A DNA stretch of 64,000 nucleotides from a virus, in IMG/VR virus record IMGVR_UViG_3300048033_001096, positions 96,001 to 160,000 of that record. One strand, written 5' to 3'. A program made the translations under genes and the position numbers. Shown piece after piece: positions 8,788 through 18,000 of this stretch; positions within the stretch are counted from its first letter, which is position 1, and each line of letters starts with the position of its first letter. The notes beneath the pieces were generated by a model that saw only the letters and a list, made by a program, of their open reading frames with translations, searched no databases and was not told the DNA's origin.

Positions 8788-9420
8788 ATGAAAAACTTAC
8801 GAGAGCATTTGACATTTGACCAGGCAGGAATGGTTGTTGAATCTACCGATAACGCTACAGGCGGAAAAGACCTTTTTATGAAAGGCATCTGCATACAAGG
8901 CGGTGTGCGTAATGCTAACCAACGTGTATATCCTGTAAATGAAATTGGCAGGGCTGTCAAAACTCTCAACGATCAAATATCTGGAGGATATAGTGTTCTC
9001 GGAGAAGTTGATCATCCAGAAGGCCTTAACATTAACTTAGACCGTGTAAGTCATATGATCACAGATATGTGGATGGATGGCGCAAACGGTTATGGTAAAT
9101 TAAAAATTCTACCAACACCGATGGGCAACCTAGTTAAAACGATGCTTGAAGCAGGCGTTAAACTAGGTGTCTCGTCACGTGGAAGTGGAAATGTGTCAGA
9201 AGACGGCGATAACACCGTGTCTGACTTTGAAATAATCACCGTGGACGCAGTGGCTCAGCCTAGCGCCCCTGGTGCATACCCAACACCAATCTACGAACAT
9301 CTTATGAATGCTCGCGGAGGGTATAAGGCATATGAATTAGCACAGGCAACAAAAGAAGATGCAAAGGCACAAAAATACTTAAAAGAATCACTGATTAACA
9401 TAATCAGTCGACTCCAATAA
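8788..9420 (+). CDS. Prohead protease (T4 gp21-like)
   Basis: NANQRVYP, GEVDHP, LGVSSRGSG and DAVAQPSAPGAY motifs. Confidence 0.95.
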   Translation: MKNLREHLTFDQAGMVVESTDNATGGKDLFMKGICIQGGVRNANQRVYPVNEIGRAVKTLNDQISGGYSVLGEVDHPEGLNINLDRVSHMITDMWMDGANGYGKLKILPTPMGNLVKTMLEAGVKLGVSSRGSGNVSEDGDNTVSDFEIITVDAVAQPSAPGAYPTPIYEHLMNARGGYKAYELAQATKEDAKAQKYLKESLINIISRLQ

Positions 9421-9434
9421 CAGGAGAAATGATA

Positions 9435-10538
9435 ATGTTGGATGCACTAAAAACACTTTTTGAAAACGATGTAGTTTCCGAAGAAGTGCGCCACGAAATC
9501 GAAGAAGCGTGGGAATCGAAGATTAAAGAAAATCGTCGAGCTGCTACTGCTGAGCTTCGTGAAGAATTTGCTAAGAAGTATGAGCACGATAAAGCAACTA
9601 TGGTAGAGTCAATTGATAAACTACTAGAAGAGCGTCTTGCTTCAGAAATTCAAGAATTTGCAGAAGATCGTAATCAACTAGCTGAAGCAAAAGCGAAGTA
9701 TGCTGTTGCGCAACGTGAAAATGCAAAATTAATGAAAAACTTTGTTTTAGAATCACTAAAGAAAGAAGTTAGCGAATTACACGAAGATCAAAAAGCAGCA
9801 GCAACAAAATTTTCACAGCTTGAAGAATTTGTGGTAGAAGCACTTGCTAAAGAAATTGCAGAGTTCTACGAAGATAAAAAAGACTTAGCTGAAACAAAGG
9901 TAAAACTTGTACGTGAAGCTAAAGACAAATTTGCAGAAGTTCAAAAGACTTTTGTACAAAAAAGTGCCGCATTAGTATCCGAAACAGTTGGTAAAAATCT
10001 TAACAAAGAAATGAAACAACTTAAAGAAGATATTGAATCAGCACGTAAAAACGACTTTGGTCGTAAACTATTCGAAGCATTTGCTTCAGAATATGCTAAC
10101 AGCTACTTAAACGAAAAATCAGAAACTGCTAAACTTATGAAAGTGCTTGCACTTAAAGATCAGCAAGTTAATGAGGCAAAAGCGTTAGCTGTTAAGGCTA
10201 AGACTCTAGCAGAGACAGCTGCTTCTGAAAAGAAAGCACTAGTTGAATCGGCTAGAAGAGAAAAGAAATTACACGATTTAGTTTCACCGTTAGGTAAAGC
10301 TCAGCGTGATATAATGACAGACTTACTGGAAAGCGTACAGACTGATAGACTTCAGTCATCGTTTGACAAGTATCTACCAGCAGTTATTGATGGTAACACT
10401 CCAGCTAAGAAGAAGGCAGTTTTAGCAGAAGGCAAAGAAGTTACAGGCAACCGCGAAGAATCTTCGCAAACTAACGTTAGTTCAAAAGCAGGCGTAGACG
10501 GCAATGTCGTTGACATTAAACGTCTAGCTGGATTATAA
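9435..10538 (+). CDS. Prohead core scaffolding protein (T4 gp22-like)
   Basis: Coiled-coil Glu/Lys-rich protein between protease and capsid; ATG 9435 fits the SD spacing better than 9429. Confidence 0.85.
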   Translation: MLDALKTLFENDVVSEEVRHEIEEAWESKIKENRRAATAELREEFAKKYEHDKATMVESIDKLLEERLASEIQEFAEDRNQLAEAKAKYAVAQRENAKLMKNFVLESLKKEVSELHEDQKAAATKFSQLEEFVVEALAKEIAEFYEDKKDLAETKVKLVREAKDKFAEVQKTFVQKSAALVSETVGKNLNKEMKQLKEDIESARKNDFGRKLFEAFASEYANSYLNEKSETAKLMKVLALKDQQVNEAKALAVKAKTLAETAASEKKALVESARREKKLHDLVSPLGKAQRDIMTDLLESVQTDRLQSSFDKYLPAVIDGNTPAKKKAVLAEGKEVTGNREESSQTNVSSKAGVDGNVVDIKRLAGL

Positions 10539-10554
10539 TATAGGAGAAATCAAA

Positions 10555-11733
10555 ATGTCAGAACTATTAGAAAGTCGCTGGCAGGACACTAAAACTGCAC
10601 TTGTAGAAGGTCTTAAAGGCAACAAGAAAGCTGTTATGGAAGCGACACTAGAAAATACTCGCAGGTATTTAAGTGAAACTGCAACAGCTGGTGCAACTTC
10701 TGCAGGTAACGTAGCTACACTTAACCGTGTTATCCTACCAGTTATCAGACGTGTAATGCCAACAGTGATCGCAAACGAGTTGGTTGGTGTTCAGCCAATG
10801 ACAGGCCCAGTGGGTCAAATTCACACACTAAGAGTACGTTATAGTGACGCATTCGACAGCACAAACGGTACAGACGTAGCTGCTGGCGAAGAAGCACTAT
10901 CACCATTCAAAATTGCTGAAGGTTATTCAGGGGACGCTGCTACTGATCGTGCATCAGCTACAGCATCGCTTGAAGGACAAGCAGGCAATAGAATGTCAAT
11001 CCAGATCTTGAAACAGACTGTAGAAGCTAAAACACGCAAACTAAGCGCACGTTGGACCTTCGAAGCTGCTCAAGATGCACAATCGCAGCATGGTATTGAC
11101 GTAGAAGCAGAAATCATGGCAGCACTTGCTCAAGAGATTACTGCTGAAATCGACCAAGAAGTTCTTGGTTCATTAGCTTCACTAGCAGGTAATGCTACTG
11201 AAACATACGATCAAGCAGCCGTATCAGGTACTGCTACTTTCGTTGGTGATGAGCATGCTGCACTAGCAGTACAAATCAACCGCGTAAGTAACTTGATTGC
11301 ACAGCGTACACGTAGAGGCGCAGGTAACTGGGCAGTGGTATCACCATTTGCACTAACTATCCTACAGTCAGCAACTACATCAGCGTTCGCTCGTACAACA
11401 GAAGGTACGTTTGAAGCACCAACTAACACTAAAATGGTTGGTACACTAAACAACGCAATGAAAGTATATGTTAACACATATGCAAACGATGCGTCACCAA
11501 TTCTTATTGGTTACAAAGGTTCAAGTGAATCAGATGCAGCGGCATTCTACTGCCCATACATCCCACTAATGAGCTCAGGCGTTGTACTAGATCCAAGCAC
11601 ATTCGAGCCAACAGTTTCGTTCATGACACGTTATGGATATGTTGAGCTAACGAATACTGCTTCGTCTCTAGGTAACGCAGCTGATTACCTAGGTAAAGTT
11701 GCTATTACTAACGGTAACGTTAGCTTTAGCTAA
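10555..11733 (+). CDS. Major capsid protein (T4 gp23-like)
   Basis: VIRRVMPTVIANELVGVQPMTGPVGQIH, VEAKTRKLSARWT, FYCPYIPL and FMTRYG; likely maturation site YLSE/T. Confidence 0.97.
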   Translation: MSELLESRWQDTKTALVEGLKGNKKAVMEATLENTRRYLSETATAGATSAGNVATLNRVILPVIRRVMPTVIANELVGVQPMTGPVGQIHTLRVRYSDAFDSTNGTDVAAGEEALSPFKIAEGYSGDAATDRASATASLEGQAGNRMSIQILKQTVEAKTRKLSARWTFEAAQDAQSQHGIDVEAEIMAALAQEITAEIDQEVLGSLASLAGNATETYDQAAVSGTATFVGDEHAALAVQINRVSNLIAQRTRRGAGNWAVVSPFALTILQSATTSAFARTTEGTFEAPTNTKMVGTLNNAMKVYVNTYANDASPILIGYKGSSESDAAAFYCPYIPLMSSGVVLDPSTFEPTVSFMTRYGYVELTNTASSLGNAADYLGKVAITNGNVSFS

Positions 11734-11754
11734 GTTTTACTTAGAAAGCAAAAC

Positions 11755-11783
11755 AAAAAAGGCGGCTTATGTCGCCTTTTTTT
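11755..11783 (+). terminator. Intrinsic (bidirectional) terminator after the capsid gene
   Basis: AAAAAA-GGCGGC-TTAT-GTCGCC-TTTTTTT. Confidence 0.9.
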
Positions 11784-11805
11784 ATGACTTTTTTTAAAAA
11801 AGTGG

Positions 11806-11833
11806 TTGACTTTTATTGTAGTGATGCTATATT
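11806..11833 (+). promoter_or_regulatory. Sigma70-type promoter driving the ncRNA
   Basis: TTGACT-16 nt-TATATT with extended TGn; same layout as 59487-59514. Confidence 0.75.
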
Positions 11834-11837
11834 AATA

Positions 11838-12044
11838 ATATAACAAGACGTTGTTATATGGGTTGGCGCTAATAATTTCCGCTCTAGAGGAGATAAGCGC
11901 ACTTGGTTAGGGGTAGTGCCCGGCGTAGAGTTTGGAGACAAGCAGTACGCACACTGCGATACTAAGCAGAACTGAGGTTCTAGGCGATAGATGAAACGGT
12001 ATCTGGACGCTTAGTTGGAGGTAAACCCAAGTCCTTCACCCACC
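11838..12044 (+). ncRNA. Putative highly structured non-coding RNA (~200 nt), family not recognised
   Basis: GC-richer island with no credible ORF, bounded by its own promoter and terminator; at least 7 helices, GAGA tetraloop, 5'/3' end pairing, pseudoknot ACTTGG/CCAAGT. Confidence 0.75.
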
Positions 12045-12052
12045 TTTATTAT

Positions 12053-12087
12053 AAAGCCCGATGCTTAACTGTGTCGGGCTTTTTCTT
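12053..12087 (+). terminator. Intrinsic terminator of the ncRNA unit
   Basis: AAAGCCCGATGC-TTAACT-GTGTCGGGCTTT plus T tract. Confidence 0.88.
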
Positions 12088-12092
12088 TATTT

Positions 12093-12196
12093 GATAAATA
12101 CTATTGTCAGATAGTGTGCCGCAAGGCGGACTTATGCTGTACCCACAGCGTAGCTCATAGAACGGGCATAGGACTACTTTTTATAGGAGAAAACAA
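12093..12196 (+). promoter_or_regulatory. Late promoter plus structured 5' leader
   Basis: GATAAATA 12093-12100; hairpins GCC-GCAA-GGC, TATGCTGT-ACCC-ACAGCGTA, GCTC-7nt-GGGC, closed by TAGT/ACTA before the SD. Confidence 0.65.
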
Positions 12197-12652
12197 ATGG
12201 GAAGACCACTCAATAAAAGATATTTCGGAACGCCAACAGCCGGCGGCAACGAAATTAAAGTACAGTTTTGGAACGGAACTGCATCAGTAAACGGCTGGAT
12301 TGTAAAGCAACTTGGAAGTAAAAAGTTTCGTTGCACAGACGGCACAGAAGTAGTAGATTGCTACCTAAGTACAAAAGCATCAGCTGACTTAGACGGTTCG
12401 CATGCTACAGTACCTAGTTTAGCTGAAATGTCTATTACAGTTAAAGACGACGGAGGCACTGCACAGCAAGTAACTAAAATTTCAGGACGCAAAGTAACAC
12501 TTGAAGACGGTACAGTGATCCAGTGGAACTTCAGTGATGCTACAGATGATGGCGCAGTTGAAATGGAAGAAGCAGGCGATGATGCAGTTATGGATAACGA
12601 CGATCTTGCACCAGATGCAGATGACTTCGAGTCAGACGATCCAACGGATTAA
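12197..12652 (+). CDS. Virion protein downstream of the capsid gene (possible head decoration)
   Basis: 151 aa, strong SD, own late promoter and terminator, acidic C-terminal tail. Confidence 0.65.
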   Translation: MGRPLNKRYFGTPTAGGNEIKVQFWNGTASVNGWIVKQLGSKKFRCTDGTEVVDCYLSTKASADLDGSHATVPSLAEMSITVKDDGGTAQQVTKISGRKVTLEDGTVIQWNFSDATDDGAVEMEEAGDDAVMDNDDLAPDADDFESDDPTD

Positions 12653-12664
12653 GATAAAAGATAA

Positions 12665-12693
12665 AGTAGGGGAGAAATCCCCTACTACTTTTT
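12665..12693 (+). terminator. Hairpin terminator/attenuator
   Basis: GTAGGGGA-GAAA-TCCCCTAC followed by TACTTTTT. Confidence 0.7.
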
Positions 12694-12705
12694 AAGGAAT
12701 TATAA

Positions 12706-13992
12706 ATGTCAAAGATAGTAAGAACTACTGGTACAGATTATCGTATAATAACAGGTCAAGGTGGAGAAATAATACTCGACACTACTAATGGTTCTGACGA
12801 TTTAAGCGGAAAAGTTATTGTTCGTGGCGATTTACAAGTAAAAGGTGGAACGTCTACTATTGAATCTGTTGTTACTACTATTAATGATAATATAATAGTT
12901 TTAAGCGCAGGTAATGACCAACCTGGACTTCCACCAACGTTAGATAGACCTAGAAGTTCGGGTATTGAAATTGAAAGAGGATCTTTAGCAAATTCTCGTT
13001 GGGTATACGATGACGGAATATCTTGGGATTTAGGCGGACTTACTGGACTCGGTGCTTGGATAGGAACACAAGGCGATATTAACGCAGAACAAATTATTCC
13101 AATAAAAACTACAGGAATTATATCCGACGGAACATTATATGTTGATACAAATGACGGAGTTATAAGTGTTGCTGGCACAAATAATTATGAATTAAAAATT
13201 TGGCGTTATGCAAACGGAGTAATTACTCCTGATCCTGTAACAAACGAAATTATTCAAGACGATGACAATATTCCAAATACTAAAGCGGTTACAGATTTAT
13301 TAGATTATAGATTATCTACTATTAATATTGATACTATTAGAGAAGATAATTCGTCAGTAGAAGTTACTGATAAAAATAATATTATTAGTTCTATTTTAGA
13401 AGTTGGTACTAGAACATTGCTTAGTACACAAAACAGTCACGGTTATGCTATTAATGACACTGTTGTTATAACTGGTGTACAAAGTAGTCCAAATGATGCA
13501 ATCATACAAGGACTTTTAGGCAGTTGGACTGTTACTGATGTTCCTTCTGCTACTTCATTTGAAATTGATGCTAATTCAATCGGTGCAAACATAAACAACT
13601 ATGTATTAAATTCAGGAAGAACTGTATCAACTGAATCAGAAATAAAAGTAACTGTTGAAAGTACTGAAATTGCAAGTTTCTTTAATAATAGAATAAATTT
13701 AGCTGATATTGAAATTAGAGGAACTGAAATATTTACAGCGTCGAGTAACGACGATTTAATATTAAATGCAAATGGTGCCGGATCTGTTAAAGTTAAAGAT
13801 ACATTAGAGATAACAAAAACTCCAGGCGATGACGATATTTTAATAAATCCAAATGCACCTTTAGATGGAATTAAGATTTATTCAAAAACACAAGGAACTG
13901 GTAAAACTGGTTTGTACTTCGTTAATGAAGATAACTATCAAGACGAAATAATAAGTAAAAGTAGAGCATTGCTGTATAGCATGTTATTTTAA
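12706..13992 (+). CDS. Virion structural protein
   Basis: 428 aa; beta-rich; INDNIIVL..SGIEIERG fibre-type motif; one copy of the DLILNANGAGSV repeat shared with the giant proteins. Confidence 0.7.
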   Translation: MSKIVRTTGTDYRIITGQGGEIILDTTNGSDDLSGKVIVRGDLQVKGGTSTIESVVTTINDNIIVLSAGNDQPGLPPTLDRPRSSGIEIERGSLANSRWVYDDGISWDLGGLTGLGAWIGTQGDINAEQIIPIKTTGIISDGTLYVDTNDGVISVAGTNNYELKIWRYANGVITPDPVTNEIIQDDDNIPNTKAVTDLLDYRLSTINIDTIREDNSSVEVTDKNNIISSILEVGTRTLLSTQNSHGYAINDTVVITGVQSSPNDAIIQGLLGSWTVTDVPSATSFEIDANSIGANINNYVLNSGRTVSTESEIKVTVESTEIASFFNNRINLADIEIRGTEIFTASSNDDLILNANGAGSVKVKDTLEITKTPGDDDILINPNAPLDGIKIYSKTQGTGKTGLYFVNEDNYQDEIISKSRALLYSMLF

Positions 13993-14002
13993 GGAAAACA
14001 AT

Positions 14003-14350
14003 ATGGCTTTAGAAAACGCAACATTAACAAATACACAGTTAGATGTACTTGTTGTACCTGCAAATAAAATATATGCTATAACAAGTATAATGGTGTGTAA
14101 TACATACTCTCCAACTGGCACAGATCCAAATTTAGAAACTGCTAATTTTGATATGCATTTTTGTAAAGATAATCAACCAGTTGCTAACAGTCAAACAACA
14201 GTAATTAGAGAATTAGAATTGCCTGCAGGAGAAACATTTACATTTGACAGCGAAAAGGTTGTTTTAGAAGCTGGAGAAAAGTTATCATTTGTTGGCGATA
14301 ATGTAAATGCAGCTAATTTGTCAGTATCAGTGAGTTATTTGGAAGTTTAA
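14003..14350 (+). CDS. Small virion protein, paralogue 1 of 3
   Basis: 115 aa; shares its pattern with 24684-25013 and 44601-44921. Confidence 0.7.
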   Translation: MALENATLTNTQLDVLVVPANKIYAITSIMVCNTYSPTGTDPNLETANFDMHFCKDNQPVANSQTTVIRELELPAGETFTFDSEKVVLEAGEKLSFVGDNVNAANLSVSVSYLEV

Positions 14351-15046
14351 ATGAGACTATTAAAAGCCCAAAACACCAATCTAAGAAATATTTACGGAAA
14401 AGGTGTAAAGTATGACGTAAATGGTCAAGTTATAATGGACACTACAAATGTTATGCTTGTTCCTAAAGGAAATACTGATGAGTTTATTACATCACCTGTT
14501 GACGGGCATATAAGATATAACACTGATTTAAATGAATTACAAGTTGTTTCTGAAAACGAATGGCGTAGTGTTAGATATAAAGAACCTAATAACGATCCGG
14601 GTATTATACAACAACCTTTAGGTAATGGTGCTGGAATTGGTACAGGAATAGTTTTATTTGGACCACTAGACAGCCAAGATCCTAATTTAGAATATACTGC
14701 TCCAGCAGCAGCGCAAAACATACTGGTGTTTGTTGAAAATGTATTTCAAATATCAACTACAAACTATACATTAGTACAAAATCCTAGCTCGACTGGAACA
14801 GGACAAGAAGTAGAATCAGGAAACTTTATTATAGGCGAACAATATATTATTACTGCAACTGGAGTAACAGATTTTGTAACAGAACACGGTGCAGCAGACA
14901 ATAATCCTGGAACAACATTTACAGCAGCAAGTGCTGGAACAAGTGATGCTACTGGTCTTGCAAGACTAACTGGGTATTACTTATCCTTTACTTCAGAACC
15001 TGATCTAAACAAACCTGTAACAGTGCTACATAACTTCGATAAGTAA
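14351..15046 (+). CDS. Virion structural protein
   Basis: 231 aa; VPKG..GHIRYNTD motif also found at the C-termini of the giant proteins. Confidence 0.65.
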   Translation: MRLLKAQNTNLRNIYGKGVKYDVNGQVIMDTTNVMLVPKGNTDEFITSPVDGHIRYNTDLNELQVVSENEWRSVRYKEPNNDPGIIQQPLGNGAGIGTGIVLFGPLDSQDPNLEYTAPAAAQNILVFVENVFQISTTNYTLVQNPSSTGTGQEVESGNFIIGEQYIITATGVTDFVTEHGAADNNPGTTFTAASAGTSDATGLARLTGYYLSFTSEPDLNKPVTVLHNFDK

Positions 15047-15078
15047 AATCAATAAATACTGTGTCAAGGAGAACATAA

Positions 15079-18000
15079 GTGGCACAAGTAGGTAGAATAT
15101 CCGGACCATTACTAACAGAAAATCTAGAACGCAATGGTATAGATTTAGCATTTCGTAATGATTTAAACACAACCCAATTATTATATTTTGATGTTAATAA
15201 CGGTAGAATTGCCGTTAATCATGATGTGCCGTCATACGAGTTAGATGTTATTGGGACTACCCAAACAACTAATTTAATTTCAAATTTTTCTAACGTTGCT
15301 GGCTATACTATTTCTAACTCGACTTTAAGTACGATAGGAAACTTAAATCTTAATGCAGCAGAAGCTATTGTTATGGCTAATATGGAAAATGGAACCATCC
15401 GTATTAGTGATAATACTATTAGCACTATAATTTCAAACGCAAATATTGATTTAACTCCTAACGGAACTGGAACTACTGAAGTAATCAATGACTTGAATGT
15501 GTTTGGCAACATTTACACACCAGGAAATATTACATTCGATGGCACAATTACTTTAGGCGATGCAGATACAGACGATGTAACTTTTGAAACAGATGTAAAC
15601 AGTGATATCATACCGGATCAAAATAATACTTATGCTTTAGGTGCTGAAGACAGGCGCTGGGCAACTCTTTACACAAATCTAGTTAACGGTAGATCAGCAA
15701 GTGTTGACGGCTATATTCTTAATGAAGTCGATCTTTTAACTAGACACGGCGGAATTATATATGTTGCACAAGAAGGCGATGACGCACACAGCGGCGACCA
15801 TATTTTAGATCCTCTAGCAACTATTTCTGAAGCACTTTCTCGTGCAGAAGCAAGTGGTGATCAGCCATTTACAATTTTAGTAGCAGCAGGCGATTATCAA
15901 GAAGCACTTCCGTTAGTAGTACCTAACAATGTTAGTGTTATTGGACAAGATATACGTAATACTGTAATTACACCAGATACTAGCAGTCAAAGCGAAGATG
16001 TATTTCACCTAAACGATAAAACATTAATTGCAAATTTAACTATTAAAAATCATTACTATGATAGTGTAAATAACACAGGTTACGCTTTCCGTTTTGCACC
16101 AGATGCAATAATGACTGAGCGTTCACCGTATATTCAAAACATAACAGTAATAACAAGTGAAACAAGCGACGGAGACGGAGATGCAGGACGCGGTGCGTGG
16201 ATCGACGGTGACGAGTTAAATGCAGCAACAGTGAATAAAACAATGCTGTTCCATAGTTGTACTTTTATATCTCCAGGCGCTGATGTAATTAATATGACAA
16301 ACGATGTTAGAGTAGAATGGCTCAACTCGTTTACATATTATGCTAATAGAGGATTATATGCATTTGCTGGAGTAAGTGGCGGCGCAGAACTACGTTCAAT
16401 TGGCTCAGCCAACGTATACGGTACATATGGTGCTGTAGCAGACGGTGCTGACACATTAATGTATCTAATACAACACAATTTTGGGTATATTGGTGCAGGT
16501 AATAAAAGCGACAATAATCAAGAAGATGCAATACAAGCAAATGAAGTTGTTGAATTAAATTCAGGACAAATACATTTTGTTAGTACAGACCAAAAAGGCA
16601 ACTTTAGAGTTGGAGACAATTTCTTTGTAGATTTAGAATCAGGAAATTCTAGTATTAATATTGATACTGCTGATATTGAAACTTTAACAGGACTAATTAT
16701 AAACACTCCTACCGGAACAACGGTTATTGATGCGTCTTATATTACTACAGGAAATATAAGAATTTCAGATAATGAAATTCTTAGTTTTGTAGGAGATTTA
16801 AATTTAGAAGGTGCTACTAATACTATTAATATTAGTAGTAATACTAATGTTAGCGGATCTCTTAATATTATAGATAACTTTAGTTTTGGCGGCACGTTAA
16901 ACATTGCAGGAGATCAACCTGGGCGAGACACAGCTTCAGATAGGTTAATATTCAATGTTCAATTCGAACAAAATTTTAATCCAAACTTACATTTAAAATA
17001 TAGTTTAGGAGAAGTTCAACGACCGTGGCTCAATGCTTGGTTAAACAGGTTAGAAGTAGGAGACATTACTGTTGATGAAAACTATATTACTACTGATGTA
17101 TCGAATGCAGATTTAGAACTACTTGCAAACGGCACTGGTATAATTAATATTCCAAACAACAATTTTGTAATTGACAATGCTCTATCAGTAAGCGGAACTA
17201 CTAGTTTACAGGATGTTCCACTTACAGGAACTTTAACTCAAACAGACGATTTTAGTATTACAGGAAATCTATTTACTACAAATGTTAATATTACAGGTAA
17301 TTTAACTGCATTGTCACAACAACAATTTGAAGAAATACGGTTCGACGGCAATGTAATTACAACTACTACCTCTGATAGTAATTTAGAATTACGTGCTAGC
17401 GGGATTGGTCAAATATTATTACCTAATAATAGTGTACAAAATAATAACAATCTAAGTGCAGATAATATCTTTAACAATAGTAATATTAATATTACTTTAC
17501 AAACAGAATTTGGAAGTGCTACTGTAAGCGACATTAATATTATAGGAAATTATATTTCTACAAATAATAGCAATGCAGATTTAGAATTACGAGCCAACGG
17601 AACTGGTATTATTAGTGTTAACAATAATGTTAATATAGACAACAACTTAACTATTGGATCTAAAACATTTTTACAAGATGGTAATACAACATACGAATAT
17701 GGTCCTGAGCTAGTAACTAACGGAACTTTTGATAGTAACTTAAATGGTTGGGCACAATCAGGCGGAGGTACTGCTACTGCTACTAGCGGAAATTTAAGAA
17801 TTAATTCAACAGGTGCAGCAAGAAACGTTTCTCAAGAAATTGCAGTAGTGCCGGGTAAAACATATGACTTTGAAGCACAATTTAGAAGCGTATCTAATGG
17901 AAATCCTTTTTATCTAAGAATATTTGAATCAGGAGTAGGTACATTACAGGAGTGGAACGAAACTACAGGTCTAGTACCAGATCAACTTTTAACTTTTAGC

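Noticed and set aside
11723-11749. Hairpin over the capsid stop codon as a read-through signal
   Set aside because: A terminator follows at once and no extension ORF exists; more likely an mRNA-stabilising stem
11991-12014. Mini-ORF MKRYLDA inside the ncRNA
   Set aside because: Seven codons, weak SD, buried in stems
11860-12044. tRNA, tmRNA, RNase P, SRP or 6S identity for the ncRNA
   Set aside because: No cloverleaf or canonical TTC T-loop; no tag ORF ending in Ala-Ala; no GAGGAAAGTCC P4 or SRP domain IV motif; branched rather than rod-like
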